A stretch of 64,000 bases of DNA from Azolla caroliniana (lineage: Eukaryota; Plantae; Polypodiophyta), in the NCBI GenBank assembly GCA_043228905.1, contig JBHGNT010000022.1, forward strand, positions 9,610,001 to 9,674,000. Direction: 5' to 3'. The notes under the pieces are model-generated. The model saw nothing but the letters and a program-made list of their open reading frames with translations, had not been told where the DNA came from and made no database searches. Made by a program: the position numbers and the translations under genes. Below are positions 46,353 through 63,162 of this stretch, one piece after another (position 1 is the first letter of the stretch; each line of letters begins with the position of its first letter).

Positions 46353-48329
46353 CCCTTTTCATAACGATGGGCACACTACATAAATGTATTCCAGCTCTTC
46401 ATGGTTTACCCTAACACAAACTCGCATCCTCGTGTCTTTCTCACAACTAATAACAAATGTATGTGTGGTGTGCCATTGAAATGTACAAGTGCTTAAAACA
46501 ATTACCTTGTCAATGAGCTATATGTATGATGTATGTGGACTAAGATGGACAACTAAATGTAGCTTGGAATTCCATCTAGTAACTAGTGAGTAAAATAGTC
46601 ACTCGTTATCAATTATGCCCACAACTTTCTACGTGCTTCACCTAAGGTTTCCATAGGTCAAAGAGGGGGTTGCTTATAATCATTGATTGCCCACATTTTA
46701 AGTATTTCTAGTATATTTTTATTCACCATATATACTATGTCAATCTACATTGGTGCATGGCCACTTACATGTACACCTTGACCAATTACATAGCACAAGG
46801 TGCACTATGGTTGGGTTAGTTGTCGAACAACCTTTCCCATGATCGAGGGGTGTAGATGTTTCCAAGTTTCTCTACAAACACAGTGCCTTGTGTGTTGGCT
46901 TAGAGGTCAAGCAACATGGAGGTTAACCAATGCATAGGCATGTCTGGTTGCAATTGATCAATCTGTATCGCTTTGTAATCATTGTTATGCATTGGCATGT
47001 CTACTTGCAATTGATCATTTTGTATCGCTTTGTAATCATTGTTTGGCAACAAGATTTTAGTTTCAAGGCCAATAATCTCAATACTAATGATGTTGTCAAG
47101 TGTTGAACAACATTATTTTCACAATTCTATCTATCCACTATACACCAAAACCTCATTATTGTCTAGCTTTGGACTAGCCAACATCAATAAATCTCATATA
47201 TATTGATGATTTATATAATTATTTATTAATATAACCATGATCTAGAATTCTCGAAAGGTTGACTTTTGTTTCATACACTTCCAACTTTGATCAATCACAA
47301 ACATTCCCAAGAGGTATAAAACAAACCACCTAAACATGAAACAATGACATTACATGTGTCACGATGACTACCTTGAATAGAGAAGTGCATTGTTAAATTA
47401 TTTGTCAAATGATGTGCACAATAATTCACAACTTCAGCAAATAGAAGGGTGGTGGATTGTTATTGAGTTTGATTAGGTTGAATCTTTCTTAAAAAGAGAA
47501 CAAGTTCATTACTCTTAGAACGGAATTTCAGTCATTGTCCATCCAAATGTTGTATTGATATTTACTATGCTAGAGTTGACAAAAAGATTGATTGTAATAA
47601 ACAAAGTGGGTGATCGAGGACTTAATATGATAGTTGAGCTTAATAATTAAGCTAATGTAAAATAAGAGCCATGTCAATTGATGTAACCAAGGTTGTTACT
47701 AGTTAGACCACTCAAAACCACCTACTATACACGACCACTCAATAAAACATGAATGAGCTAAAATCTGTTCATTGTAATTGTCTTGATATGCTACACTATA
47801 CACCCAAAAACGTTGTTAGAACGTGCTATCTTTTGTTGCTTGGTTTGATTGCACATATCTTATCCATGCAATGTGTAGTTTCGTTCGATTATGCATGTCT
47901 TATCTACCCCGAAGTTCAACGTGCAACGTAATAGGGCAACGATGAATGATGTTAGAGAGGATGTGAAATCGATGGGTCTGATATGAGCATCACCGACTGA
48001 TAGAGTGCGCAATGGAGGGCAGGCATGAGAGGCTCAGTCTTGAACGTGTCACAATGTCCCAATGGGAACCTGAGATCGCATGTCCCGATGGGCACGTGTT
48101 TCAAGGATATTTTAAATTGTAACGAGAGCGTAAAAAGACGGACGCTGAACGCCAGAACGATGCCCCCCCCCTCCCAACAAACAAACAACTTACGAAGAAA
48201 GAAGCCCCCCAAGATGTCTGTGAGCCGTCGATGCTCCTCAAAAAGCGATGGCCATAGCCGTCCGATCAAAAGGAGAATATGTGTATGTATATATATATAT
48301 ACATATATACATATAGCACAACAAAAATA

Positions 48330-48750
48330 GGGTTATGTAAGCAAATAGAAAATAAATAAGTAAAGAAGAAAATAAAAAGTTAAAAAATAGAAAATTAAAA
48401 AAAAGAAAAAGGAAAAAGGAAAGAGGAAAAAAAGGAAGAAGTTTAAAAATATAAAATAAAAAAAGGGGAAATGCAAAAAAAAGAAAAAAGGTTAAAGGAA
48501 AAAAGAGAAAAGGAAAAAAAAGAAAAAGGAAAAAGGCAAAAAAGAAAAGAGGGAAAAAGAAAAAGGAAAAAGGCAAAAAAGAAAAGGAAAAGGCAAAAAA
48601 GAGAAAAAAGAGAAAAAGGAAGAAAAGAAAAGGAAAAAAAAGAGATTTAAGAAACAAATAAAAACGAATAGATAAAATACAAAAAATACAAAAAGAAAGA
48701 AAGAAAGAAATAGGTAAATAAGTAAATAATCAGATAAAAAAAAGACGAAG
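48330..48750 (+). repeat. ~420-bp A/G-rich low-complexity tract upstream of UAP56
   Basis: Almost exclusively A and G on the plus strand (aaaaggaaaaagg-like units). Confidence 0.9.
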
Positions 48751-48761
48751 AAACTGTTTAA

Positions 48762-48763
<2 letters not shown>

Positions 48764-48806
<43 letters not shown>

Positions 48807-48984
48807 TCGTCTTCGTCTTCGTCTTCGTCGTTCGACAGAGACAGAAGACACAGAGAAGAAACAGAAGAAACAGAAGAAACAGAAGACAGAAGAAGAGCTC
48901 CGGTGGTACTCTTCTTCTTCTTCTTCTTCTTCCATCGCATCGCCTGCACACTCTCTCTCTTCTCTCCTCATTCTCATCTTCCAG
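48764..48984 (+). promoter_or_regulatory. Putative UAP56 TSS region / non-coding exon 1 with (CT)n, (CTTCGT)n and (CTT)n tracts
   Basis: CT-repeat Y-patch typical of plant 5' ends. Donor CAG|GTATGT at 48984 and acceptor ttttgcag| at 50598, upstream of the ATG. Confidence 0.6.
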
Positions 48985-49332
48985 GTATGTCTCTTTGCCC
49001 TTTCTCTTTCTTTCTCATGTCTCCCTTCTCTCTCTTTTTGGTTTCCTTTTATCTCGTACGTCCGCGGACCTGGTTAGGGTTTCTGCAGATTTCCGATCGT
49101 TTTCCTACGGATTAAAATTCCCGTAGATCCATCCCCATGCTCATATGGTTACAAACTTACAGAGCTTTTCAGGTTCCCGTATGCATTTGGTTAAGAGTTT
49201 CTTCATATTCCCCCCCTGCTCACATGGGTTTAGGGTTTCGCACCTCCCATCTGCTTAAGTTTCGCACTATATATATGTGTGTGTGTATCTGGTTTGGATT
49301 TTTTGCGCATTTTTTTGGCCCTTAAAAGGTTG

Positions 49333-49578
49333 GGGATTTCGCACATTTCAGTGCATCTTTATTTGGTTTGAGGTTTCTCACACCTCCGTGTAGATATGGT
49401 TAGGGATTTAGCACATTTCAGTGCATCTTTTTTTGGTTTGAGGTTTCTCACACCTCCGTGTAGATATGGTTAGGGATTTAGCACATTTCAGTGCATCTTT
49501 ATTTGGTTTGATGTTTCTCACACCTCCGTGTAGATATGGTTAGGGATTTCGCACATTTCAGTGCGTCTTTATTTGGTT
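49333..49578 (+). repeat. 70-bp minisatellite (~3.5 copies) in UAP56 intron 1
   Basis: Units start at 49333, 49403, 49473 and 49543. Confidence 0.9.
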
Positions 49579-50636
49579 GGCGCTCATGCACCTTTATTTT
49601 CTGATGTTATTAGGGTTTCCCACATCCATGTCTGCGTAAATATATGGTTAGGATTTAGCTCTTTCGGTATCGACATGGTTACGAGGTTCCAGATTTCTAT
49701 GCGTTCAGGGTTAATGTTTCTGTAAAATTGTTGTGTTGACACGGCTCTAGTTCTGCTCAAATTTGTAATCGTAGGGAAACAAACGGCTATGGTTTAGGCA
49801 TACAAGGTACAATTTCAGTGTAGATATAGTATTACACCTTCTTTGGTGTCTATTTCTCCGAACGATCAACTGTATGTTTCTGTTATAAAGGGGATTCTGT
49901 ACGGCCTATTTTGCCCCATGTATGACTATGGAGTTTGCTGTTTCAAGGTTTTGTCTTTCTGGTCTGCTAGTACCTCTGTTTCTTGTACTACGCCGAGTCT
50001 TTCTTGCACGTCTTTTGTGTCAAAAAAAGCTTATTTGCCTCAGTTTGTTCCTAGATTTTTCAAAGTCCGCATTTGTTGAGTTTACTCTCAGGTTTCTGAC
50101 TGTCAATAAGCTGTTTTGGCATATTTCTGTTTGGAGTCTTTTTGTGTCATTGGAAACCAATTCAGAGAGATGAATATTACTAATCAATTGCAGAAGTACT
50201 CCTTTTGGCTCCTACTGTTCCTCTTTTGGAAGGTATCTGATGGATTATTTAACATATAGAAGTGTCTTCCATTTCACATTCTTTATATTATCTCCTGTAT
50301 CTAGCTTGCAGAACTATCTTATCTTTGGAGCCCATTGTTTCTATTTTGATTTGGTTCTCAGTTTTTTTGTTTACATTTTCATCGTGAGAATCAGAAGAAT
50401 ATCAACTGCTGCATTGTATTGGAGGATATTCATTGCAAGTTTGTACAAAAGCAGAATCATTGCCCTTTGCCCAAAATCTTTTTTTTTTCTTGTGCAAATT
50501 ATGTTAGGCAATCACATGTATGGAAGTTTAGCTTAGAGATTTAGGTGTGCAGAAGAGTACTTAATATGTTAAAATGAAAAATAATGGAATTTTTGCAGAT
50601 AGCTAGGCTTCTTTTTCATATATATTCTTCATCAAA

Positions 50637-54374
<3,738 letters not shown>

Positions 54375-55049
54375 GTGATGGTTTTTATGTTAAGGTGTTC
54401 AATGGAAGGGGCCCTGTGTCACTTGCTAGATGCAGTGTCGTTGTTTCATAATTGGCTATGGAGAATCCTTGAAACTTCATCAAGCATTTTCATTTGGACT
54501 TCACAGTATTATCACCTGAAAGCATTGCATGGAGGATGGATGGCTGAGAGCTCTTATAACATATTTTAGAAATGGAAGTTATGTAATGTTCTTAGAATTC
54601 TCCTTGCTGCTATGTATGAAATTTGCTGCGCCTCGGTGGGAGTGGGTTCTTGGATCATTTTCCATTGGGCTCATGTACACAATTGAGTTTTTTCACTGTA
54701 TTCTGCAATGAAGGATGTTGAAGTTCTTTTCATCAGAAGTTAGTTCATTTGGATTCCTTGTATAACAGGCTTAAACAAAGAGCGGGGAAGTACGAAATCT
54801 TTTTTGTTATGCATGTATTCATTGTGTTGGAAAGCCTAGTGAGAAGACACTTGTTTTTTCTCTTGTAAGTGTGAAAAATAATGTTTTTAAACTATGAAAA
54901 TCATTAGTCTCCTAGGCCATTTTGCCACTACAGAAAATTATTACCAAAAAGGCCCGCACTTTCATAGGCCATTTTGCCATTTTACTACAAGAGTATCTCT
55001 TGTGCCTAAACCACTTCAGATTATTCTTTGAGGCGCTCAACCTCATCAA

Positions 55050-55166
55050 TTCCTTAACCTTGTTAGAGAATACTGCTGTAGGTACCAAAAAGGATCTCTT
55101 GTTCCTTAACCTTGTTAGAGAATACTGGCTGTAGGTACTAAAAAAGATCTCTTGTTCCTTAACCTT
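55050..55166. repeat. ~52-bp tandem duplication
   Basis: 'tccttaaccttgttagagaatactg...gatctcttgt' x2.3. Confidence 0.75.
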
Positions 55167-55659
55167 TTGATTGTACTCCTTAACCATGTTGACAATGAAC
55201 ATAGTACCTTCTAAATGCAAACAAGGGGGAACTAGATTAGCTCTAACAAAAGATGAAATAAAATGCCTGTATGAGATTACATTTTAGGTACCAAACAAGT
55301 GAGGAAACATACATGAACATAGAGAATGGGGAAGTATGCAAAAGAAAGTGTAGATTAATCAAAATACTAACAGCAGGGAACACATTACAAGAGGAATGTG
55401 ATGTAAACTGAAACTTGCAAGCAAAATACATCATTGTGTGCCCATTGTAGAGAGTTCTTACAGAGAACGAGAGGTGTACTGCGTTTGTTTGTGTGGGTGT
55501 GTATCAACACAACGAAAATCCCATTTACTCCCACAAACATGCCATTTGCAGGTCTCTAATGGTTAGACATGCCACCAAATGCTCTAAATCTAGATGACAA
55601 CCCCTACTTAACTGAAGGAGAAGTATGATGTTAATGAATAGATATGAAAAGAAAGGAGA

Positions 55660-55950
55660 CATATACATATACATGTACTGTTGTACATATGGATATACAT
55701 ATACATATACTGTATACATATATGTATCAGTATGTACATCTCTAATACATACATACATACATGTTCATATACATATATGTATCAGTATGTACATCTCTAA
55801 TACATACATACATACATACATACATGTTCATATACATATATGTATCAGTATGTACATCTCTAATACATACATGCATACATGTTCATATACATATATGTAT
55901 CAGTATGTACATCTCTAATACATACATACATACATACATACATACTGATA
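55660..55950. repeat. TACA-based minisatellite (~55-63 bp unit, ~4 copies) directly upstream of the thioesterase ATG
   Basis: Recurring 'tatacatatatgtatcagtatgtacatctctaatacatac'. Confidence 0.85.
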
Positions 55951-55993
55951 CAATAGAATAATAACAAAGAGAGTTAACAAAGAAAAGGCAGAG

Positions 55994-58240
55994 ATGGGGG
56001 ATGAAGAGGAGTCATCGTCGTTTCTGGATCAAACCCAGCAGTGGATTAACAGCTTCCGTCATCGATTCCCTGTTTCTTCACTGAAGAATGCAGGGATAGG
56101 ATTCTATGATGCTCTCATCTGTCGCTCTCTGGTCGTCGATGTGGCTGAGACAGGAGGAAGAGTCGTCTGTACCATGAAAGTCCCTGCTAATATCTGTGTA
56201 AGTTTTATCTTCTCTATTCCTACTCTATACTAGGACTTGCATATATACTTCTGAGACTAACAATGTTATATGATGATGTTATCCTTGTACATGGTATCAT
56301 GCTTATCAATGGAATACATGTACATGGCATCATGTTGTCCATGTTGCGATGAATGGCTTGTAATCTGGGAAGTTTGATTGTATGTACTGTGATCCATGTG
56401 CACAATATCATGCTTTTCTATGGGATCCGTATACATGGTACCATGTCATCCATGTGCATAGGATCATGTGATGTATGCATGTAGAATTATGTGATGATGC
56501 ATGTGCACAATGCCGTGTCACCCATGTACTCCAATATCATGCCATCCATGTACACAAGATCATGCGCATTATATGATGCGATCCATGTATATTGTCTTGT
56601 GTTATACAGTCTAGGAGTTTACTAAAAATCTAATTCTACCATGAAATGTAAGCATGAGAAGAATAAATGTTAAAATGTGATCCTAGTGCATGTTATCATA
56701 TTATACCTTCTTGGGCTTTTGTTATGTCTACACTGCGATATGTATGCGAAGAGCAAAGTAATCCATGTCCATAATATCATGTTACAAAATTACAATATCA
56801 TCCATGTATGTGGTATTATTTTATAGAATTGTCTGTGTAATGATGGCATCAAGTTATACAATATGATCTATGTAATAACAAGTATCTGTATTCTATCATA
56901 TCATACAAAGTGATTTGTTTACATCACTTTATCAAGTTCTGTAATGTGATGTAGCTACATAATATCACGCTATAGTATGTGCAAATATATTTTAACTATG
57001 CACTATCAGAGAGATAACACTATAATGAACCCTTGCACTTGAATTCATCAATCTAATAACATGTGCTTGAATTTTATGTCGGCTGACGTATGCAATTATT
57101 AAATTTACTTCAACAACATTTCAACATTTTATGCAAAGTGTATAGGTTTGTTGGTGTTTAACATCATGTTTACTTAACTTTCTTCCTTCAACTGTTTAAC
57201 ATCATGTTTACTATATGAACGAATTTGCAAGTTATGTTTCGATCTAATGGTCAAGTCAAATATGTGTATGTTGGAAAAGTTAAGAGTGAATGTCAAGTGG
57301 CTTGAACAATGACCCATGATGAGTTTCATGCTTCTCCACTCTTCCTCTATGATCCACATATAGGCACTCTTTATTTCCCCCCAATGCTCCTAGCAACCCC
57401 TCGAAGAGAGAAGCAACCATTCATTTAGTATATAATTACTCAAATGTTTTTTTGTTTTGTTTTGAAAGATGTAATGGCATTTGGTTCATGTAGATGATCT
57501 CAATATTTTTTGAGAGTGATTTCTTTTCATCATCAACTCTGGCAGAATGCAGGTCATCGGCTCCATGGAGGGGCCATTACTTCTCTAATAGATATGGTTG
57601 GGTCGGCAGCTATCTTCGCTACAGGTGCACCATATTCCGGTGTATCTGTTGAAATCAATGTTACCTTTATGGACGCAGTCCCCATTGATGTAAGTCTCGT
57701 ATCCCGATCCATGACTTTACAAATTGTAACGAATCCTTTTATGTTATGTAAGGTCAACACCATATCTCATTTTTTTGCACTGTTTTGATTATCTTCTTGA
57801 TGGTTTTTACATATATCAGACAATCTAATAAAGGGGAAAATGTAGCACTATGAAAATACATTTTTTTCCTACATTTGTTTTGTCTAGATAACCTAAAAGA
57901 GATTGAGTTTCAATGGGGGATCTAGCTATATACTCTTTCTGAGCCACTGAACCCATCTTCTTAGAAATTTATATCTAATCAATACTGTCATCATCATTGT
58001 GGTTCATAAGACATAATCATACATAAATCTAGCTTTATTAGAATGAATTTTCTTTTCTTTTCTTCCTGCATGAAGGAGGATGTTGAAATCGAGGCTCAGG
58101 TTTTGCGGATCGGGAAAAATCTTGCTGTTGTGACTGTTGATATGCGAATGAAAGCTACTGGGAAAATCGTCATTCAAGGGCGTCACACTAAGTTCATTGG
58201 AGGACAACAAATGTTGAGCACAGTGTCGAGCAAACTGTAA
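55994..58240 (+). CDS. PaaI/ACOT13-like hotdog-fold acyl-CoA thioesterase, 170 aa; exons 55994-56197, 57546-57689, 58076-58240
   Basis: NAGHRLHGGAITSLIDMVGS (HGG...D motif), GVSVEINVTFM, QGRHTKF; phase-0 GT-AG junctions. Confidence 0.9.
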
Positions 58241-59830
58241 CATGGAAATCATATTGGAGTGTTTTTGTCCTTTATTTTGTAATTTAATGCACAAAATTCT
58301 CAAACTTTGAAGTACCATTAATGTGGTATGAACTCAGCTTAGGGGTTAGGATTGAGCATAAACATCATTGAAACATGGGATCTTAACTTTCTCTGCGAAT
58401 GAATGTCTGTCTATCATTTTATTATCATTAATGTCTGTTTATAATTTTATTATCATTATATACATGCCTGATCTTGAAGATTGGTTATGCCTTTTGAAAC
58501 AAGTGTAATTGTTCATGCAACAATTCTATATGCAATGTTTTTGCCAAGTTTTGAAAGGTTTGGGGGCTTTGAAGAGAAAGATTGTGATGCATCGCCAAAA
58601 ACTTGAAAGCAAATGCGAGAAGCTTTTGATTTATAATCTAATAGACATCCTAACGTAAAGCTCTTAAAAAATGTAGTGAAGAATATGGCTCTATATATAC
58701 TTTGTAGTGAGCTTTGGCTATGCTATAGGATGTAACATTGTTCTTGTCTTCATGGTCTTCACAAAAACATAATTTTGATTCATCAAAACAATCATTGAAA
58801 ACCTTTAATGCATGCGAGCCTCATTTGACATGCCTTACTATTCTATCAAATCATTTCATCGATAAGTGTTTAGTGAAGAGAGACAAAAAATTAAATTATA
58901 CAAAATCACATCACTCTTGGCCCTCATGGCACATAATAATGTTCGATTCATCCATAAAAGTTGCAAAAGTGTGTATGGAAGTTTTTTTTATCAAGTTTAT
59001 GCATCAACATTATAATGTAATGTAGTGATAACTAGAGAGCTGCTCAAAGACAACGAGCATGTAAAGAAAGGTGACAAGTGAATCTAATTTTTCTATTGGC
59101 CCTAATAAAATACGATAATGTTTCATTCATCTACTAAGGGTGAAGTCACTAGTGCCCCTAATGAAAGATGAAAATGTTTTAAATTCAGCTAGTGAGGATG
59201 CCAAAGTGTGTACGAAAGTTACCAATTGTATTCATCAACATGTTATCTTAATATTCCTTGAGAGCAAATAAACATTGCACACTTGTAAGACACAAGCACC
59301 ACACAACAGGTTACTGACAAGCATCGCACACTTGTAAGACACAAGCTCCACACAACGGTAACCTAGATGAAGGATTGGATTGGAATTTAGAGTTGGTAAA
59401 TGTCTTACTCAAAATATGAAACATATTGGGCATTATGTTTGTGACAACCTTTTTGTTTTTAAACCTTTCCTTTGTTTTTACACTTGCGACTTGTGTGAGC
59501 CTGCCACAAACTTCCAAAGAATGTTTAGCAAGTGTGGGAACGGTTGACCATTTTGTGTGTTGTTTCTCCAACTCTAGGTACATCTTTACAAACCCCAAAT
59601 ATAAACATTAAATTAAAACCTTCATATAAGGTCCTATGTAAGTGGAGGGTATTAACTAGTAACTAGTGTATGTGCGTTTGTGATGTTGTAACGTATGAGA
59701 GAGAAAGTGAGAGAGAGAGGGTTGGCCTTTGTTATAAGAAGGTGATGGGAAGCTTCAATCTTAGAAATTAGAACTATAGAAGACACAACAATATATAGTG
59801 ACACTGACTACTAGGGGAGAAACTAAAACA

Positions 59831-62800
59831 ATGAAGCCTAGTAAATTTGTAGAGGAAGAGGATGTGGAGAGAAGGTGGTGGAGGAGTGTAACAAGCTTTG
59901 TATTTGTGAAGAGGGAGGTTGAGTGGCGGAGGGTGGTGTATTCTGCAAAGGTTGCGCTCGCATTGTCCCTTGTGTCATTGAGCGTGTTGTTGCAAGAGGT
60001 TTTCAAAGAGATTGGTAACAATGCTCTTTGGGCCATCCTCACTGTCATCGTCGTCTTCGAGTTCACCGTTGGTACTACTTGTAACATCTTCTTCTTATGT
60101 CACTTCATTGAGATCGAGTCATACTCCCCTTGTTCCAACCTTGGTTTTCTCGACCATATTTATATGCTTTGTTAGGGCAAGATGCCACCACAATTTTCTC
60201 CTCATTTCTCTTCCCCTCTAGGCAATTTATATGGTCCCTAATTTATTCTCTTTATCTCGTATATTTATATATATGAGAAGACATTTTTTCTCATTCCCAG
60301 GGTTTGGAGACATTTTGAATATAGCGGTAGATGGGGTTTAAAGCTCACTTTCTAATTTCATTAGACATTCCCAGTTTGACTGAATGAATGTGTTCATGTA
60401 TTTGGGTAAACCTAAGTTGATATTCCACCGAGTCCAATACACTAATGTAGGTTTGATTTTTGATTTCACTAAATTAACTAGATCATATATGGGGGTTGGA
60501 TCCATAATTAGATTACATTATGTTTTATTAATTCATAATCCTAGGTGAATTGGTCTTTTGTACCCACCAATTTAACTAGATAAAGTAGGGTGCTCGATGC
60601 ATAGCATTTCTCTCATTTTCTTTCATATATTATCATTGTGCACTCGTTTATTGTTATAAAAATATGTTATTGAACATGGTCCATCGTATTCGTTTGTAGA
60701 CATTTTCGAGAGAGAGAGAGAGGTCAAATTGCATCTCCCTTTTGAATGTCATTTGGAAAGGAATGTCATGATGTTTGGAAAAATAAGTTTCTTTAGGAAT
60801 CGATCTTAGTTATGATATTTTGTTTGAACAATTAAATATTTTCACATGATCGTTGAATTGATAACATGTGTAGGTGCCACATTGAGCAAAGGGTTGAACA
60901 GAGGGCTTGGCACCATCATGGCGGCTACACTTGGATTGATGATAGACTATTTTGCTAACTTCATCGGACCTGAAATTGAGCCTTATGTTGTGGGATGTTC
61001 AATCTTTTTCATTGGTGTGTACATATATACTTTGTCCTACAATCCTAAATTATTCTCTTTGATAGTGACAATTGTTTCAAGCTCAATTGTGCTTGGTCTA
61101 CTCATTTCTTAATATTTGGTCATGAGATGCACAAACTAATTTTCTTTGTGAATTTTATGATGATTTTCTCTTGATAATCCTCTTTAAGTTGGGTTTTAAA
61201 GTATTCTAGAGAGGGAGGGGAACATAATATCACAATATATTTGTGTAGGTATGGTTGCTACATATACACGTACAAATCCGTCAATCAAAGCTAAGTATGA
61301 CTATGGTGTAGTGATGTTCTTACTAACATTTTGCCTAGTTGTGATAACTGGCTATCGAGTATCCGATAACATTGATCTCGTCTTCGAGAGAATAGTGACA
61401 ATAATGATAGGAGTCATAATATGTCTCATTGTGAGTGTCTTTGTTTTCCCTATTTGGGCTGGTGACGATTTACATAAATTGGTGATCCAAAACTTTGAAG
61501 AGTTGGCTGATTCCCTAGAAGGTTAGTGTTGATTTCAAGTTCTAATTTAACCACAATGCAATATCCTTTGAATGTTTTGCACTAACAGTATGTCGTGTTC
61601 GCTTTTCACAACTCAGAGTGTGTCAAGGAGTACTTTCAAGGCGTGCACAAGTTTTCTCGCATATCATCAAAAATATGCAAAGACCAACCGTATGACGATA
61701 AAATTTATAAAGGATATAGGGGAGTTCTTATTTCGAAGCAAACACAAGAATCTTTAGTGAGTTGTTTACACATGAAATCTATAATTTCATCATCAAAAGT
61801 AGATTTCCCATAAGAATACGCTCAATTGTACATTGTTGTCATGATTGATAGGCAACATCAGCGAGTTGGGAACCAAGGCGTGGAAAACTTGGCTACACAT
61901 ATCCTTGGAAACAATTGGTTGATGTGGGAGCAATATTGCGCCATTGTGCTTACACCGTGTCGGCATTACACGGTTGTGTCCTCTCTGAAATCCAAGTACC
62001 AACTCTGACGATAAACTAATTAACAATAAAAAATAGCTAGTGTTGGACTTTCACTTTTCCAAATGTCATAAAGACAAACGAATTATGAATTAGGCAAGCT
62101 AGTCCCCCCTCTCTTTTCTTGGGGGACCTCACAAGAAAAAATAAATGTATATTTTACTATTGATGTCAAAGAAGTAGATATAAATAATGTATCTTCATAG
62201 TGTGTTTTAAAATTCTAGCATTAGATGCTTGGATAAGGTTTTATTGAAACTTAAAATAAAGACTTAACCCTCAATAACCTTATGTTTCATATTTGGATCC
62301 TTATCTAGAGCCAATATTCCTAAATGTTTTCTATTTAAACTTCTTGAAGGCCACGTTGGATACCCTTAAGAGGTAGACTTGTACTACTTCAAAACAAGCA
62401 ATCAGTACTAGTTGCAACAAACAATAAACGATTGCAATCCATGCATGTTGTTAGAAACCAAAACCACATTCACATTGACCCCAAGTGATGGTGACATTTT
62501 GGGATAATCCAGGAAACAATGATGGTTTTTTGTTTTGTTTTTGTAATTGATAGGCCCCAGAAGCTTTGAAGAGGGTGTTTGCAAGATGTTGTATGAGGTT
62601 GGGGGTGGAGGCTGCTAGGGTTCTAAGACGTGTGGCCTTTGATCTCCACCATAACCATAAAACACAGCCTAAGCATCGCCTCCTCCGCCCCCTCCGCCAT
62701 ACGATCGAAGAGCTTCGACAAATTGTCAACAAAACATCACTAAATCTCCTTCCTAGAAACCCTAACCCTAACCCAGACCTGAATGTGAACACGAAATCTA

Positions 62801-63162
62801 ACCCAAACCCTAATGCTAACACAAAACCTAATGCTAACACTACTAGTAACCTTGATGATGATCTTGAGAGACTTACCGCTCTCTCTGACCTTCGAGAAAG
62901 CATTGTGTTTGCGGAGACCCTCTCATTGTCTGGTGTTGTCACTTTGCTCATTGAAATTTTGGCAAGACTTGATCGTCTCCTCGATGCACTAATGGTGTTT
63001 CAAGAGCAAGCAGGGTTCAATGAGCCATTGACATATGATTACTTTGATGGTGTGGATGATGAGGATACTAGTGGTGATATCAAGATTAATGTGCATGTCG
63101 ATGGTGGTGTCAAGACAATGGAACAATATCACCATGCACCATCAACATCTTGTGGAGAATGA
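59831..63162 (+). CDS. ALMT: Aluminium-activated malate transporter family anion channel, ~515 aa; exons 59831-60071, 60874-61014, 61249-61521, 61617-61756, 61852-61995, 62554-63162
   Basis: [52 protein letters not shown], WEP motif, YPW, LHGC; six-exon structure typical of ALMTs. Confidence 0.93.

Noticed and set aside
47940-48110. Possible C/D snoRNA (ATGATGT...CTGA) and a weak hairpin
   Set aside because: Box C is imperfect, there is no terminal stem, and no recognisable rRNA guide.
48238-48977. Phe-rich and Arg/Glu-rich ORFs on the minus strand
   Set aside because: Artefacts of translating the A/G tract and the CT microsatellites.
56270-56600. Degenerate 'catccatgtacacaatatcat'-like repeats in thioesterase intron 1; also small duplications at ~46935-47042 and ~59273-59360
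   Set aside because: Ordinary slippage-type duplications with no evidence of function.
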